NCBI GenBank assembly: GCA_964552005.1
Contig: CAZKFC010000004.1
Location: 1-59,542 of the forward strand
Origin: an uncultured Methanosarcinales archaeon
GTDB lineage: Archaea; Nanobdellota; Nanobdellia; Woesearchaeales; GW2011-AR15
Direction: 5' to 3'
DNA length: 59,542 nucleotides
Below, in pieces: positions 47,628 to 57,615 of this stretch. A program made the translations under genes and the position numbers. The notes under the pieces are model-generated. The model was not told where the DNA came from. It saw only the letters and a list, made by a program, of their open reading frames with translations, and did not search any database. How positions within the stretch are numbered: position 1 is the stretch's first letter; each line of letters opens with the position of its first letter.

Positions 47628-48253
47628 ACACTTTTTTGTTTTTCTATTGGCTTTTCAACAACTTTTTTTTCAATAACACAATCAGGTATATCAGGTTCCC
47701 AGGCAACTTCTATTTCAAAATTAAATTCATTAGAATCGTAATAATTAACATTGTTTTTTGGGAATAATAGATATGGAACTAAGCCGCCTCTTCTAATTTT
47801 TTCACCTGGCGCAAATACATAACAACTTTCTTTATATTTGGCAAGTAAATTTCCTTGTTTATCATAAATCTTGTATGAATCACAGTACTCTACTTTTTTA
47901 TTTTCTAAATTCACAAGGTCATATGTAAAACTAACTCCATATTTTTTGCCTTGATATGAATTTTCAGCTACTTGATTTTCAATCCTGTATTCATAAACAG
48001 GTTTTTTACCGCAGATTTCAACCTCTTCATAATCATAATAATAATCTAGATAATCAATAACAGTGTCTTCACAATCTGGTATGTTGTTATTTAACTCTTT
48101 GACAGTCATTCCACTTGATAAGTTATTGCTAATTTTAATAGTAGAAAACACAATTATAGATAGAATAATAATTACAAAAATAATGCCAAGTCCAATATGT
48201 CTTTTATGTTTTTCTTTATTAACTTGATGCCGGCCGCATAATGGACATTTCAT
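47612..48253 (-). CDS. membrane-anchored hypothetical protein
   Basis: N-terminal CPLC, one TM helix, Cys-containing external domain. Confidence 0.7.
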   Translation of the reverse strand: MKCPLCGRHQVNKEKHKRHIGLGIIFVIIILSIIVFSTIKISNNLSSGMTVKELNNNIPDCEDTVIDYLDYYYDYEEVEICGKKPVYEYRIENQVAENSYQGKKYGVSFTYDLVNLENKKVEYCDSYKIYDKQGNLLAKYKESCYVFAPGEKIRRGGLVPYLLFPKNNVNYYDSNEFNFEIEVAWEPDIPDCVIEKKVVEKPIEKQKSVCICK

Positions 48254-48322
48254 ATTTGTTATTCTGAACTTTAAAATTTATAAAATTTTCTTATACTAGT
48301 ATACTTTTTATTAAGAAAAATA

Positions 48323-48447
48323 TGCGACGACCGGGAGTCGAACCCGGGCCTCAACCGCTCTGCGCTGTTGGCGTGGAGCCAGTGAATCTCTTTTTTGAGA
48401 TTTTAACGCGTGGCAGGGTTGTGTCCTAGCCACTAGACCATCGTCGC
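48323..48447 (-). tRNA. tRNA-Gly(GCC) with 53-nt intron (48358..48410)
   Basis: Acceptor GCGACGA/TCGTCGC; BHB helix CTGC/GCAG; T-loop TTCGACT. Confidence 0.92.
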
Positions 48448-48525
48448 CTGCTCTATTAAAAAAAATAAATTGTTTATAAACTTTACCAACAAATATTTAT
48501 AATCTTATATCTATAATTAATTGCA

Positions 48526-48855
48526 ATGGAGAAAAAGAGAGACTTGATTTTGTTAGCTATTTATTGGTTAATTTTCTTGATGTCATTCTACGGAGCATTC
48601 CAATTAAGGATATATATGAATTACAATCCAAATACAATAGATGTCAATTTCTTTGGATTAAAAATGACCAGTATAGATGACGTGACAAATTTAAGATTGA
48701 TATTTATTATGCTTAGTATTTCTACGTTATTAGCTTCTTTTGCAATGATTTATTTAATTGTTAATTATAATCTGCAAGTTGTTGAGCATGAGAAGCCAAT
48801 TGAAAAACTTGATCATGAAGTTAAGGAAATACTTAAAGAGGAAAAACCTACTTAG
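48526..48855 (+). CDS. two-TM hypothetical protein
   Basis: Two hydrophobic helices and a charged tail. Confidence 0.65.
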   Translation: MEKKRDLILLAIYWLIFLMSFYGAFQLRIYMNYNPNTIDVNFFGLKMTSIDDVTNLRLIFIMLSISTLLASFAMIYLIVNYNLQVVEHEKPIEKLDHEVKEILKEEKPT

Positions 48856-49201
48856 TTTTAAGTAAATTTAACATATTAACAATCTTAATCTGAATATTCT
48901 TATCAAATTCTAATCTTATGCCGCCTTGAGAAACTGCAATATTGTCATTCCGCCACACTACTTTTCTAGGTCCTTTGTATCTTTTAGCATCTTTTTCTAG
49001 AAAACAGTCAAGAACAATCTTCTTTTCTTTTTTGCTTATTAAATTATAAAATTCTTCAACGTCAACACTATCTTTCAATAAAATGCTGAACAAAAATTTA
49101 CTACTGTTAAAACAAATCTGGTTGGAATTATTCTCATTCTTTAAAGTAATTTCACAAGAAGTTTCCTCTTTTACACCCACACTATAATAGTGTACCCCCA
49201 T
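48848..49201 (-). CDS. hypothetical protein
   Basis: 117-aa ORF filling the interval. Confidence 0.55.
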   Translation of the reverse strand: MGVHYYSVGVKEETSCEITLKNENNSNQICFNSSKFLFSILLKDSVDVEEFYNLISKKEKKIVLDCFLEKDAKRYKGPRKVVWRNDNIAVSQGGIRLEFDKNIQIKIVNMLNLLKTK

Positions 49202-49282
49202 TTTTCGAGCAAGTGTACAAAAAACTTATATTTAAAATATACCCAAAATATTTAAATTATTAATGAATAACTAAAAAGAATA

Positions 49283-51784
49283 ATGAAGTCTGATAAAGAA
49301 ATAAAAAAAGAGTTTAAAATAAAAGCTTCTAAAAATCCTGAGAAATATTATGCTGTTGATCATTTAAAAAAAGAAGGTTTTAAAAGAAAGAAATGTAAAT
49401 GCGGCACATATTTCTGGACTACAACTAATTCAAAATTATGTGGGGATCCAGCATGTTCAGGCGGGTTCAGATTTATAGGGAATACGCCTGCTAAACAAGA
49501 GCTTGATTACATCCAGACTTGGAAAAAATTTGCTTCTATTATGAAAAAACTTGGCTATACAGAAATAAAGCGTTATCCTGTTGTAGCAAGATGGCGCGAC
49601 GACCAATACTGGGTGGGCGCTTCCATATATGATTTTCAGCCGCATGTTGTATCTGGAGCTGTAGAACCGCCTGCTAATCCGTTAGTAGTGCCTCAATTCT
49701 GTTTAAGGTTTAATGATATTGATAATGTAGGTATTACTGGTGCTCACTATACAGGTTTTGTCATGATAGGCCAGCATATGTTTGTGCCAAAAGAAAAATG
49801 GGACCAAAACAAGGTTTTTTCTGATATTCATCAATGGCTGAAAAAAGGTCTTGGCCTGCCAAACAAAGAAATCACGTTTCATGAAGATGCATGGGCAGGC
49901 GGCGGTAATTTCGGGCCGTGCATGGAGTATTTCAGTAGAGGATTAGAACTTGGCAACCAAGTTTACATGTTGTTTGAACAGACAAGTAAAGGGCCAAAAG
50001 AACTTCCATTAAAAGTATTGGATATGGGCATGGGCCATGAAAGAAATGCGTGGTTTACTAAAGGCACTAGTACTAGTTACGAAGCTGTCTTTCCAACAGT
50101 GGCTAAAAAACTTTATAAAATAACAGGAATAAAGCCAGAAGGCAAATTAATGAGAAAATTTCTGCCATATTCTTCTTACTTGAATGTAGATGAAGTTGAT
50201 GATATTGATAAAACATGGAAGCAAGTTGCTAAAAAAATCAATATTGATGTTAAAGAGTTAAAAGAAAAAATATTGCCGTTATCTGCCCTTTATTCAGTAG
50301 CAGAACATACCAGGGCTGCTTTATTCGCTATTTCAGACGGTGCCCTGCCAAATAATGTCGGTGGTGGCTATAATTTACGAGTAATAATAAGAAGAGCTAT
50401 GGATTTTATTGACAAATATAAATGGCATGTAACAATGAATGAAATTGCGGAATGGCATGCTGATTATTTACAACCGTTATTCCCGGAACTAAAGAAAAAT
50501 TTGGATAGTGTCAAAACTATTTTGGATGTTGAATATAAAAAATATCAAGAGACAAAAAAGAAATCCAAACAATTAATTTCTAACCTATTGAAAAAGAAAA
50601 CTAAAATTTCTGAAAGTAAGTTTATTGAGTTATATTCATCTCATGGTATATCCCCAGAAATGATTGCTGAATATGCTCCTGTTAAAATCCCAGATAATTT
50701 TTATGCTAAAGTATCTCAATTACAGAAAGAAATTCAACCTGTGAAAGAGAAAAAAGCCAAACTGCATATAGGAAATTTACCAGACACTGAAATATTGTAT
50801 TATAAAGATTTTGCCTTGGTTGAGTTTGAAGCAGTTGTCTTGAAAGTCATTAATGACAAAGTTATTCTTGATAAGACAGCTTTCTACCCGACATCGGGCG
50901 GACAGTTGCATGACTTGGGTACATTAGACAAATACAAAGTTATTGATGTTTACAAACAAGGCAGTCATGTTATTCATGTTCTTGATAAAAAACCTAACTT
51001 TAAGAAGGGACAGATAGTAAAAGGTAAAATTGATTTTAGCAGAAGGCTACAGTTAGCGCAGCACCATACATCCACACATATTATCAACGGGGCAGCTAAA
51101 CGTGTCTTGGGAAATCATATCTGGCAGGCAGGCGCGCATAAACAACTTGACAAAGCAAGATTAGATATAACGCATTACGCTTCACTGACAGATGACCAGG
51201 TTAAAGATATTGAAAAACTTGCAAATGAAATTATTAAAGAAAATAAACCAGTTTACTCTGATTTAATGCCCAGAAACATAGCTGAAAAAAAGTATGGCTT
51301 TACAATATATCAGGGCGGTGCTGTCCCTGGGAAAGTCCTTAGGATAATTTCCATACCAGATTTTGATACTGAAGCTTGCGGAGGTACTCATTTACACACA
51401 ACTGGAGAAGCTAAATTGATCAAGATAATTAAGACAAGCAAAATCCAAGACGGTATGGTTCGCATAGAATTTACAGCAGGTGAAGCTGCTGCAAAAGAAA
51501 TTGAGCACGAGACAGAAATATTGCAGCAGGCAGCAAAAATCCTTGACTGTAAAATTAATCAAATCCCCGGGAGGGCAAAAGAATTATTTGAAAAATGGAA
51601 AAAAGTTGTTAAAAAAAGAAGAATAGATTCAAAAGACGACTTTATTTTACATAGTAAAGAAGAATCTCAAGATACTGAGCCGATTATTTTAAAGAATACA
51701 GCTTTAATCTTAAAAACACAACCAGAACATGTTGTTAAAACTATTTCAAGGTTTAAAAATGATTTAATGAAAAAGAAAAAATAA
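49283..51784 (+). CDS. alaS: alanyl-tRNA synthetase, archaeal type
   Basis: ANPLVVPQFCLRFND, LDMGMGHER, FYPTSGGQ, HTSTH editing motif, ACGGTH. Confidence 0.96.
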   Translation: MKSDKEIKKEFKIKASKNPEKYYAVDHLKKEGFKRKKCKCGTYFWTTTNSKLCGDPACSGGFRFIGNTPAKQELDYIQTWKKFASIMKKLGYTEIKRYPVVARWRDDQYWVGASIYDFQPHVVSGAVEPPANPLVVPQFCLRFNDIDNVGITGAHYTGFVMIGQHMFVPKEKWDQNKVFSDIHQWLKKGLGLPNKEITFHEDAWAGGGNFGPCMEYFSRGLELGNQVYMLFEQTSKGPKELPLKVLDMGMGHERNAWFTKGTSTSYEAVFPTVAKKLYKITGIKPEGKLMRKFLPYSSYLNVDEVDDIDKTWKQVAKKINIDVKELKEKILPLSALYSVAEHTRAALFAISDGALPNNVGGGYNLRVIIRRAMDFIDKYKWHVTMNEIAEWHADYLQPLFPELKKNLDSVKTILDVEYKKYQETKKKSKQLISNLLKKKTKISESKFIELYSSHGISPEMIAEYAPVKIPDNFYAKVSQLQKEIQPVKEKKAKLHIGNLPDTEILYYKDFALVEFEAVVLKVINDKVILDKTAFYPTSGGQLHDLGTLDKYKVIDVYKQGSHVIHVLDKKPNFKKGQIVKGKIDFSRRLQLAQHHTSTHIINGAAKRVLGNHIWQAGAHKQLDKARLDITHYASLTDDQVKDIEKLANEIIKENKPVYSDLMPRNIAEKKYGFTIYQGGAVPGKVLRIISIPDFDTEACGGTHLHTTGEAKLIKIIKTSKIQDGMVRIEFTAGEAAAKEIEHETEILQQAAKILDCKINQIPGRAKELFEKWKKVVKKRRIDSKDDFILHSKEESQDTEPIILKNTALILKTQPEHVVKTISRFKNDLMKKKK

Positions 51785-51789
51785 TTGTT

Positions 51790-52644
51790 TTAATAATACT
51801 TCTCTAACAATGGTTCAATATCAATATTATCTATGTTGTCAAGAGCCACTGGTGGCTTTGCCCAAGGAAGTTCGTCCACATAGCTTTTGCGCTCTTCTTT
51901 ATAGAATATGCCAATAGGAATCCTTGGTCCCCATTCTCGTGCTTTTTTAAAAGCCTCATCTTTATTATTCGGCTGGTATCCTTCGCTTTGCAGGTCATAT
52001 GTTTTGTTCATGTAAAAATCATATGTCTGAGTATGGTTCCAACTTATACAAGGCTGAAACACGTCTATTAATGAAAACCCGTTATGCTGGATACCCATTT
52101 TTATTAAATTAGTCAGATGATCTAGCTTCCCTGAAAAACCTCTTGATACAAACGTACCGTCTGCGGCTAATGCCAATGCTAGCGGGTTAACAGGGTATTC
52201 AACAGCACCATGAGGAGTTGACTTTGTTTTTGTTCCTTTTAATGATGTAGGGCTTGTCTGGCCTTTTGTCAGGGCATATATCATGTTGTTAAAAACAACA
52301 TAAGTTATGTTAATGTTTCTTCTTACAGCTTGTATAAAATGGTTTAAGCCGATGCCATATCCGTCACCGTCTCCCCCGACTGCAATAACTGTTAAATTTG
52401 GGTTGGTAAGATGGACGCCTGTGGCAGCTGCTACAGGTCTGCCATGAATACTTTCTATACCATAAGTGTTGATGTAATGAGGAGTCTTGCCAGAACAACC
52501 AATGCCCGATACCATAACAACATCTTTCGGGTTTAAGTTAAGTTGGGCAATTGCTTGTTTTAAGGCTAATAATATAGGGAAATTGCCGCACCCGGGACAC
52601 CACTGATTAGTATGATCATTGTTTAAATCTTCTATTTTAGTCAT
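51790..52644 (-). CDS. 2-oxoacid:ferredoxin oxidoreductase beta subunit
   Basis: WCPGCG, GIGCSG, GGDGD TPP motif, TKGQTSPT. Confidence 0.95.
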   Translation of the reverse strand: MTKIEDLNNDHTNQWCPGCGNFPILLALKQAIAQLNLNPKDVVMVSGIGCSGKTPHYINTYGIESIHGRPVAAATGVHLTNPNLTVIAVGGDGDGYGIGLNHFIQAVRRNINITYVVFNNMIYALTKGQTSPTSLKGTKTKSTPHGAVEYPVNPLALALAADGTFVSRGFSGKLDHLTNLIKMGIQHNGFSLIDVFQPCISWNHTQTYDFYMNKTYDLQSEGYQPNNKDEAFKKAREWGPRIPIGIFYKEERKSYVDELPWAKPPVALDNIDNIDIEPLLEKYY

Positions 52645-54401
52645 TTTGCAATCACCTCTTTAACCTTATCACATATCTCTTCCGGGTCAATAGGGCGGCC
52701 ATCATATTTAAACAGAGTATTTTCTATGTAAAACCCGGTTAATTCCCGTATCAAACCGCGCAACTGCCCATTTTTGTTTTGTTCAATCATTAAGGTTTTC
52801 TTGGCTTTTGACAAGATTTCTTTCACTTTGTTAATAGGGAAAGGCTGGATCCATAAGATGTGCATGAAATTAACATTGATATTCTCGTTTTTCAAGAATT
52901 TCATTGCTTCAAGGATCATGCCTTTGTTAGAGCCCCATGAAACAATTGTTAAATCTGCGTTTTTCGGTCCATAAAATTTTGGAGCAATCTCTTCCTCTTT
53001 TATATTCAGCATTTTCTTCTCTCTTTTATCAACCTGAGCTATCCTCATATGGCTTTCTTCTGTTGTGAAAGAATCTTCCCAATGCTCATAACTAGTGCTT
53101 ACATATAGACCGTTAGGCTGGCCAGGGACAGGTCTCGGACTGATCCCGTCTTTTGTAATTTGGTATCTGAGGACTTTGTTTTTTGCATTGTTCATATCTT
53201 GCATGCTCATTAATTTGCCCCTATCTATTTTTAATCTAGAAGTATCAAAAGGCAAGGTTGTTTTTGCAGACGCAGATAAATGTTTGTCTATTAACACAAT
53301 ACCAGGTGTCTGTACTCTATCAGTTAAATTGAAAATCTTGAAAGTCTCATAGAAACATTCATCAACATCTCCAGGCGCAACTAATAATCTGGGGAATTCG
53401 CCTTGTGATGCGTGTACAACAAATCTTAAATCACTCTGCTCGGTATAAGTAGGCATTCCCGTGCTGGGACCTGTGCGCTGGCTTTCTATTATAACAAAGG
53501 GAGTCTCGCTTAACCCTGCCATACCAAGACCTTCAGACATCAGAGCAAAACCTCCTCCTGAAGTGGCTGTCATTGATCTTGCACCCGTCATTGCACCGCC
53601 GCATAACATGTTTACAGCAGCCAACTCAGATTCTGTATGTTTGACAACTATCTTGTACTTTTGCTCATTGCCTGCCATAAAATGCAATACAGATGAAGAA
53701 GGAGTCATGGGATATTCAGCAACAAATTTCACGCCTGCTTTTATTGCTCCTATGCAGGCAGCGTCGTTCCCTGTTAATAATATAGTTTTATCTTTCTTCA
53801 GTTCTTTAATCTTTACCTTGAAATCAATGTTTTTGAAATTGTTTTTAAAATAATCATAGCCGGCTTGGACGGCTTTTTTGTTAGCATTGATAACTTCTGG
53901 CTTTTTTTTCTTTCCAGAAAAATGTTTTTCCAAGGTATAATTGACTTTATTAAGATCATGCCCAATTAAAGCTGTTACTGCGCCTACTGCTACTGTGTTC
54001 CTGTAAATCTTGTCTCCAAATTCCCTGCCCATGTCTGATAAAGGTATGGGGAATATTAAGATGTCTTTCCTATCATCTAACTTAATGTTGCCGGGAACTT
54101 CCACTGAGTCATATATTATAGCCCCATTCTCTGTTAGTTCTTTATAATGTTTATCAATAGTTTTTTTATCAACAGCTACCAATATATCAATTATTTGCAA
54201 CTGCGAATGAATTTCGTCAGGTTCTACCCTTATATAACAGGCATTATGACCTCCTTTAATCAATGAGGGGTAATCTGCAGTATAAAACACGTGCAAACCC
54301 ATTTTTTGTAAAGAACGAGCCATCATTGCGCCTATAGTAAAAACACCAGCACCAGCAGGACCTCCTGCTTTCAAAGCTAATTTGTTAACAGCCATAACCA
54401 T
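52641..54401 (-). CDS. 2-oxoacid:ferredoxin oxidoreductase alpha subunit (fused gamma-alpha)
   Basis: GGPAGAG, YPMTPSS, ESELAA, TSGGGF, QRTGPSTG; start moved to ATG 54401 behind GAGG. Confidence 0.95.
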   Translation of the reverse strand: MVMAVNKLALKAGGPAGAGVFTIGAMMARSLQKMGLHVFYTADYPSLIKGGHNACYIRVEPDEIHSQLQIIDILVAVDKKTIDKHYKELTENGAIIYDSVEVPGNIKLDDRKDILIFPIPLSDMGREFGDKIYRNTVAVGAVTALIGHDLNKVNYTLEKHFSGKKKKPEVINANKKAVQAGYDYFKNNFKNIDFKVKIKELKKDKTILLTGNDAACIGAIKAGVKFVAEYPMTPSSSVLHFMAGNEQKYKIVVKHTESELAAVNMLCGGAMTGARSMTATSGGGFALMSEGLGMAGLSETPFVIIESQRTGPSTGMPTYTEQSDLRFVVHASQGEFPRLLVAPGDVDECFYETFKIFNLTDRVQTPGIVLIDKHLSASAKTTLPFDTSRLKIDRGKLMSMQDMNNAKNKVLRYQITKDGISPRPVPGQPNGLYVSTSYEHWEDSFTTEESHMRIAQVDKREKKMLNIKEEEIAPKFYGPKNADLTIVSWGSNKGMILEAMKFLKNENINVNFMHILWIQPFPINKVKEILSKAKKTLMIEQNKNGQLRGLIRELTGFYIENTLFKYDGRPIDPEEICDKVKEVIAK

Positions 54402-54417
54402 CGCCTCTTTTTTTGGT

Positions 54418-54681
54418 TTAGATAATTTTTTCTTTTGTTTCATTATCAATAATATGAATAGCCTCAACAGGGCAGCTTTCAGCCGCCTCTAGATTAATAT
54501 CAAAATCTTTCTCACTGATAACCTTTTCCTGCCAACCATTTGGTTTATTTTCTCCATGGATAATATCAGATTTTTCCTCGTCATCATCGCTCATCTCCCA
54601 GAACTCTGGAGCAATAACCGTACACGCCCCGCAACCTATACATTTAGGTCTGTTGTGCTTTAAAGTATATGTTTTTCCCAT
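54418..54681 (-). CDS. single-cluster ferredoxin (4Fe-4S motif)
   Basis: CIGCGAC...CP. Confidence 0.88.
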   Translation of the reverse strand: MGKTYTLKHNRPKCIGCGACTVIAPEFWEMSDDDEEKSDIIHGENKPNGWQEKVISEKDFDINLEAAESCPVEAIHIIDNETKEKII

Positions 54682-54746
54682 TTAAATATCACCCACTGTT
54701 TTATTTAAAAATTAAAGATAAACTTCTTATATAAAAGTTTCGTATA

Positions 54747-55382
54747 TTATTTACTTTTAATAACGCCAACTTTAGGGCATTCTTTGTTGAAAACACATTC
54801 ACTACAAATTGGAATGGGTGCTTTACAAATAGCTCGGCCGTGTTCAATAATTAAGTAAGTAAAGTGATTCCACTTATTTTTAGAAAGCACCTTTATAAGG
54901 TCTTGTTCAATCTTGACCGGGTTAGTGTTTTTTGTCAGGCCAAGTCTATAACTAATACGTTTGACGTGAGTATCAACAGCAATCCCTTCTATTTTACCAA
55001 AAGCATTGCTTAACACAATATTTGCAGTTTTCCTGGCAACACCTGGTAGTGATATTAATTCTTTCATGGTAGAAGGAACCTTACCATGGTATTTTTCTAC
55101 TATGATTTTACAGGCATTTTGTATATTTTTAGCTTTTGCATTATAAAATCCAGTAGACCTGATCATCTCTTTTAATTTATCTAAATCACCGTAAGCATAA
55201 TCTTCTGCTTTTCTATATTTCTTGAATAATTTTTTAGTAACTATATTAACACGTTTATCAGTGCACTGCGCAGATAAAATCACAGATATAAGTAATTCAA
55301 GAGGGTTTTTATGCGTAAGAGCAATCTCTGCTCTTGGATATTTCTTCTCTAGAACAGAATAAACTTTCTCAGCTGTTAACAT
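54747..55382 (-). CDS. nth: endonuclease III
   Basis: LSAQCTD, LPGVARKTAN HhH, AVDTH, C-x6-C-x2-C-x5-C. Confidence 0.95.
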   Translation of the reverse strand: MLTAEKVYSVLEKKYPRAEIALTHKNPLELLISVILSAQCTDKRVNIVTKKLFKKYRKAEDYAYGDLDKLKEMIRSTGFYNAKAKNIQNACKIIVEKYHGKVPSTMKELISLPGVARKTANIVLSNAFGKIEGIAVDTHVKRISYRLGLTKNTNPVKIEQDLIKVLSKNKWNHFTYLIIEHGRAICKAPIPICSECVFNKECPKVGVIKSK

Positions 55383-55417
55383 AATAAAATAATAAAATCT
55401 AGAAATTATAAAAATAT

Positions 55418-55672
55418 TTACACTAAATCTTCATTAGTATCTAAATTTTTAACCTTAATAACCTCAACAGGACATGCCTTGGCAGCTTCAATGATGGCAG
55501 GGTTCTCGTCTGTTTCAAGCTCGAATTTGCCGTTAACTTCCGTGCCGCCCTTTAAATTAGCTTTGCCGTCTCCTACTATCTCAAAATGTGCGGGATCCAT
55601 TGCAGCGCACGCTCCTGCGCCAATACAGTTTGCTCGATCATAAATTATTTTATATTTTGCCATAATAATCAC
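55418..55672 (-). CDS. single-cluster ferredoxin (3Fe-4S-type motif)
   Basis: CIGAGAC...CP; second Cys replaced by Ala. Confidence 0.85.
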   Translation of the reverse strand: MIIMAKYKIIYDRANCIGAGACAAMDPAHFEIVGDGKANLKGGTEVNGKFELETDENPAIIEAAKACPVEVIKVKNLDTNEDLV

Positions 55673-55701
55673 CTCTTTTTCCTTTTAAATAATAATGGTT
55701 T

Positions 55702-56436
55702 TTATTTTTTTCTTTTTGTAGTTTTTTTAACTGCCTTTTTTACAGTTTTTTTCTTAGTACTTTTTTCCTCGGATTCAGGCATCTTAATCTCTTTTTTTTC
55801 TTGTTTAACTAAATCTGGTTGTTCCATATTGATTTTTTGCAACATAGAAGGTTCATCAGGTTTTTGTTCAGTATGTGTTTTTCCAGACTTCCTGCTATCT
55901 TGCATTGGCCTTCTGACATATTTTCTGTCTTTAATAAGAACTTTGTTAAGTTCTTTATCTAGATCAGTAAATTCATCAGCTTCATTTAACAACCGCGAAG
56001 AAACTGTTTTTTTAAAGCCGATAACTTCTGCCCTGCATCCAAGTGCTTTGACATGTTCTAACAAATCCTTAAAATCACCGTCTCCACTAACTAAGACAAT
56101 AACATCTAGTTTTGCAGCCATTCGCATAATGTCCATGGCAATACCAACATCCCAGTCGCCTTTTTTAGCACCACCATAAAATGTCTGCAAGTCTTTAGCC
56201 CTGACGTCATAACCGATTTTCTCAAGGGCTTCAAAAAAATTACCTTCTTCTTTTATATCCGCTTTTATTACATAAGCAATTGCCCTTATTAATTTTCTTC
56301 CGGAAACCGCCCTGTTTAATATGTGTGCAAAGTTTACCTTTGAATGATAAAACTGCTTTGCACTATAGTACAAATTCTGTACGTCTACAAATACACCTAT
56401 TCTTTGGTCTTTATGTTTTGGCATTTTATTAATCAC
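55702..56436 (-). CDS. NYN domain (LabA/DUF88) protein with charged tail
   Basis: VFVDVQN, KGDWDVGIAMD, VSGDGDF. Confidence 0.9.
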   Translation of the reverse strand: MINKMPKHKDQRIGVFVDVQNLYYSAKQFYHSKVNFAHILNRAVSGRKLIRAIAYVIKADIKEEGNFFEALEKIGYDVRAKDLQTFYGGAKKGDWDVGIAMDIMRMAAKLDVIVLVSGDGDFKDLLEHVKALGCRAEVIGFKKTVSSRLLNEADEFTDLDKELNKVLIKDRKYVRRPMQDSRKSGKTHTEQKPDEPSMLQKINMEQPDLVKQEKKEIKMPESEEKSTKKKTVKKAVKKTTKRKK

Positions 56437-56520
56437 CTATATTTTACTAGTATCGAACATCCTTCCTATTATATAAATATTTGTAAAGATTTTTATATTA
56501 ACTTGTTTTTTTATAAGATT

Positions 56521-56880
56521 ATGTTATCTATATTATTTATATCGTTGCTTGTAATGTTCTTTGTTTTTATTTTATCAGCTCTACCTTTATATTTTTCTGT
56601 GAAATTCTTGGGAGGGAAAACAACCCTGCTCAAAACAGTTATTGTAACATTTGTCTCAGGGATAATTGTTTCAGCTATTAAATTCCAGTTTAAAACCTCT
56701 GGCAGTATAATAGCCTTTCTTATATTAATCTGGATATACCATGAAGTATTCAGGTTAAAATGGTTAAAAGCGTTCCTTGCCTGGCTGTTGCAATTCGTGT
56801 TTATAGCGTTATTCTATATTCTATCATTATTTTTTGTTGCTCTGTTATTAGGTATATCAATTCTAGCCTTGTTATTGTAA
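56521..56880 (+). CDS. membrane protein
   Basis: About four TM helices; start moved to ATG 56521 to avoid overlap with the NYN gene. Confidence 0.7.
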   Translation: MLSILFISLLVMFFVFILSALPLYFSVKFLGGKTTLLKTVIVTFVSGIIVSAIKFQFKTSGSIIAFLILIWIYHEVFRLKWLKAFLAWLLQFVFIALFYILSLFFVALLLGISILALLL

Positions 56881-56918
56881 AAAGTTTTAAATAATCATCT
56901 ACTTCTTTATTCTAAATA

Positions 56919-57566
56919 ATGTCAGACTCAATATTATTTTTATGTGCTCATAATGACGACCAGATAGTAGGTGCTGGTGGTACAATTGCGAAATATGCAA
57001 AAGAAGGTAAAAATATAGTAACAATAATATTTTCATTTGGTGAGGTGTCATTGCCCCATTTACAGGAGCAAATTAGTAAAAAAACTCGGGTCATAGAATC
57101 TAAACGGGCAGCTAAATTACTGGGAGAGAACGAACTTTATTATCTTGGCTTAAAAGAAGGTAATTTTAAAATTGAAATAAAAGAAAGAGATATCCAGACA
57201 AAGATTATAAATATTGTAAAAAGGATAAAACCAGTTAAAATATTCACTCATGCCCCAGACGATCCTCATCCAGACCATAGGGCTGTTTATGAATTTACAA
57301 TAGATCTAATTGAAAAGATTAATTATAAAGGTGATGTGTACTCATTTAACGTATGGAACTTGTTCCTTAATTTTAAGAAAAGAGAGCTGCCAAAATTGGT
57401 TGTTGATATAACAGATACTTTCAAAATTAAAGTTAAAGCATTCAAGAAACACAAGAGCCAATGGCTAGCCAGGTTGTTTTTAACATGGAACATTTATTTT
57501 CAGGCTATTTTAGACGGGTTTGATAACCATGTTAAATATGCTGAAATTTTTTATAAAATAAAATGA
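56919..57566 (+). CDS. PIG-L family deacetylase
   Basis: AHNDD, HPDH. Confidence 0.9.
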   Translation: MSDSILFLCAHNDDQIVGAGGTIAKYAKEGKNIVTIIFSFGEVSLPHLQEQISKKTRVIESKRAAKLLGENELYYLGLKEGNFKIEIKERDIQTKIINIVKRIKPVKIFTHAPDDPHPDHRAVYEFTIDLIEKINYKGDVYSFNVWNLFLNFKKRELPKLVVDITDTFKIKVKAFKKHKSQWLARLFLTWNIYFQAILDGFDNHVKYAEIFYKIK

Positions 57567-57615
57567 GAATATTACATACCTTAAATCCTTAAAAAACGCA
57601 TATAGATTTGGGAAA

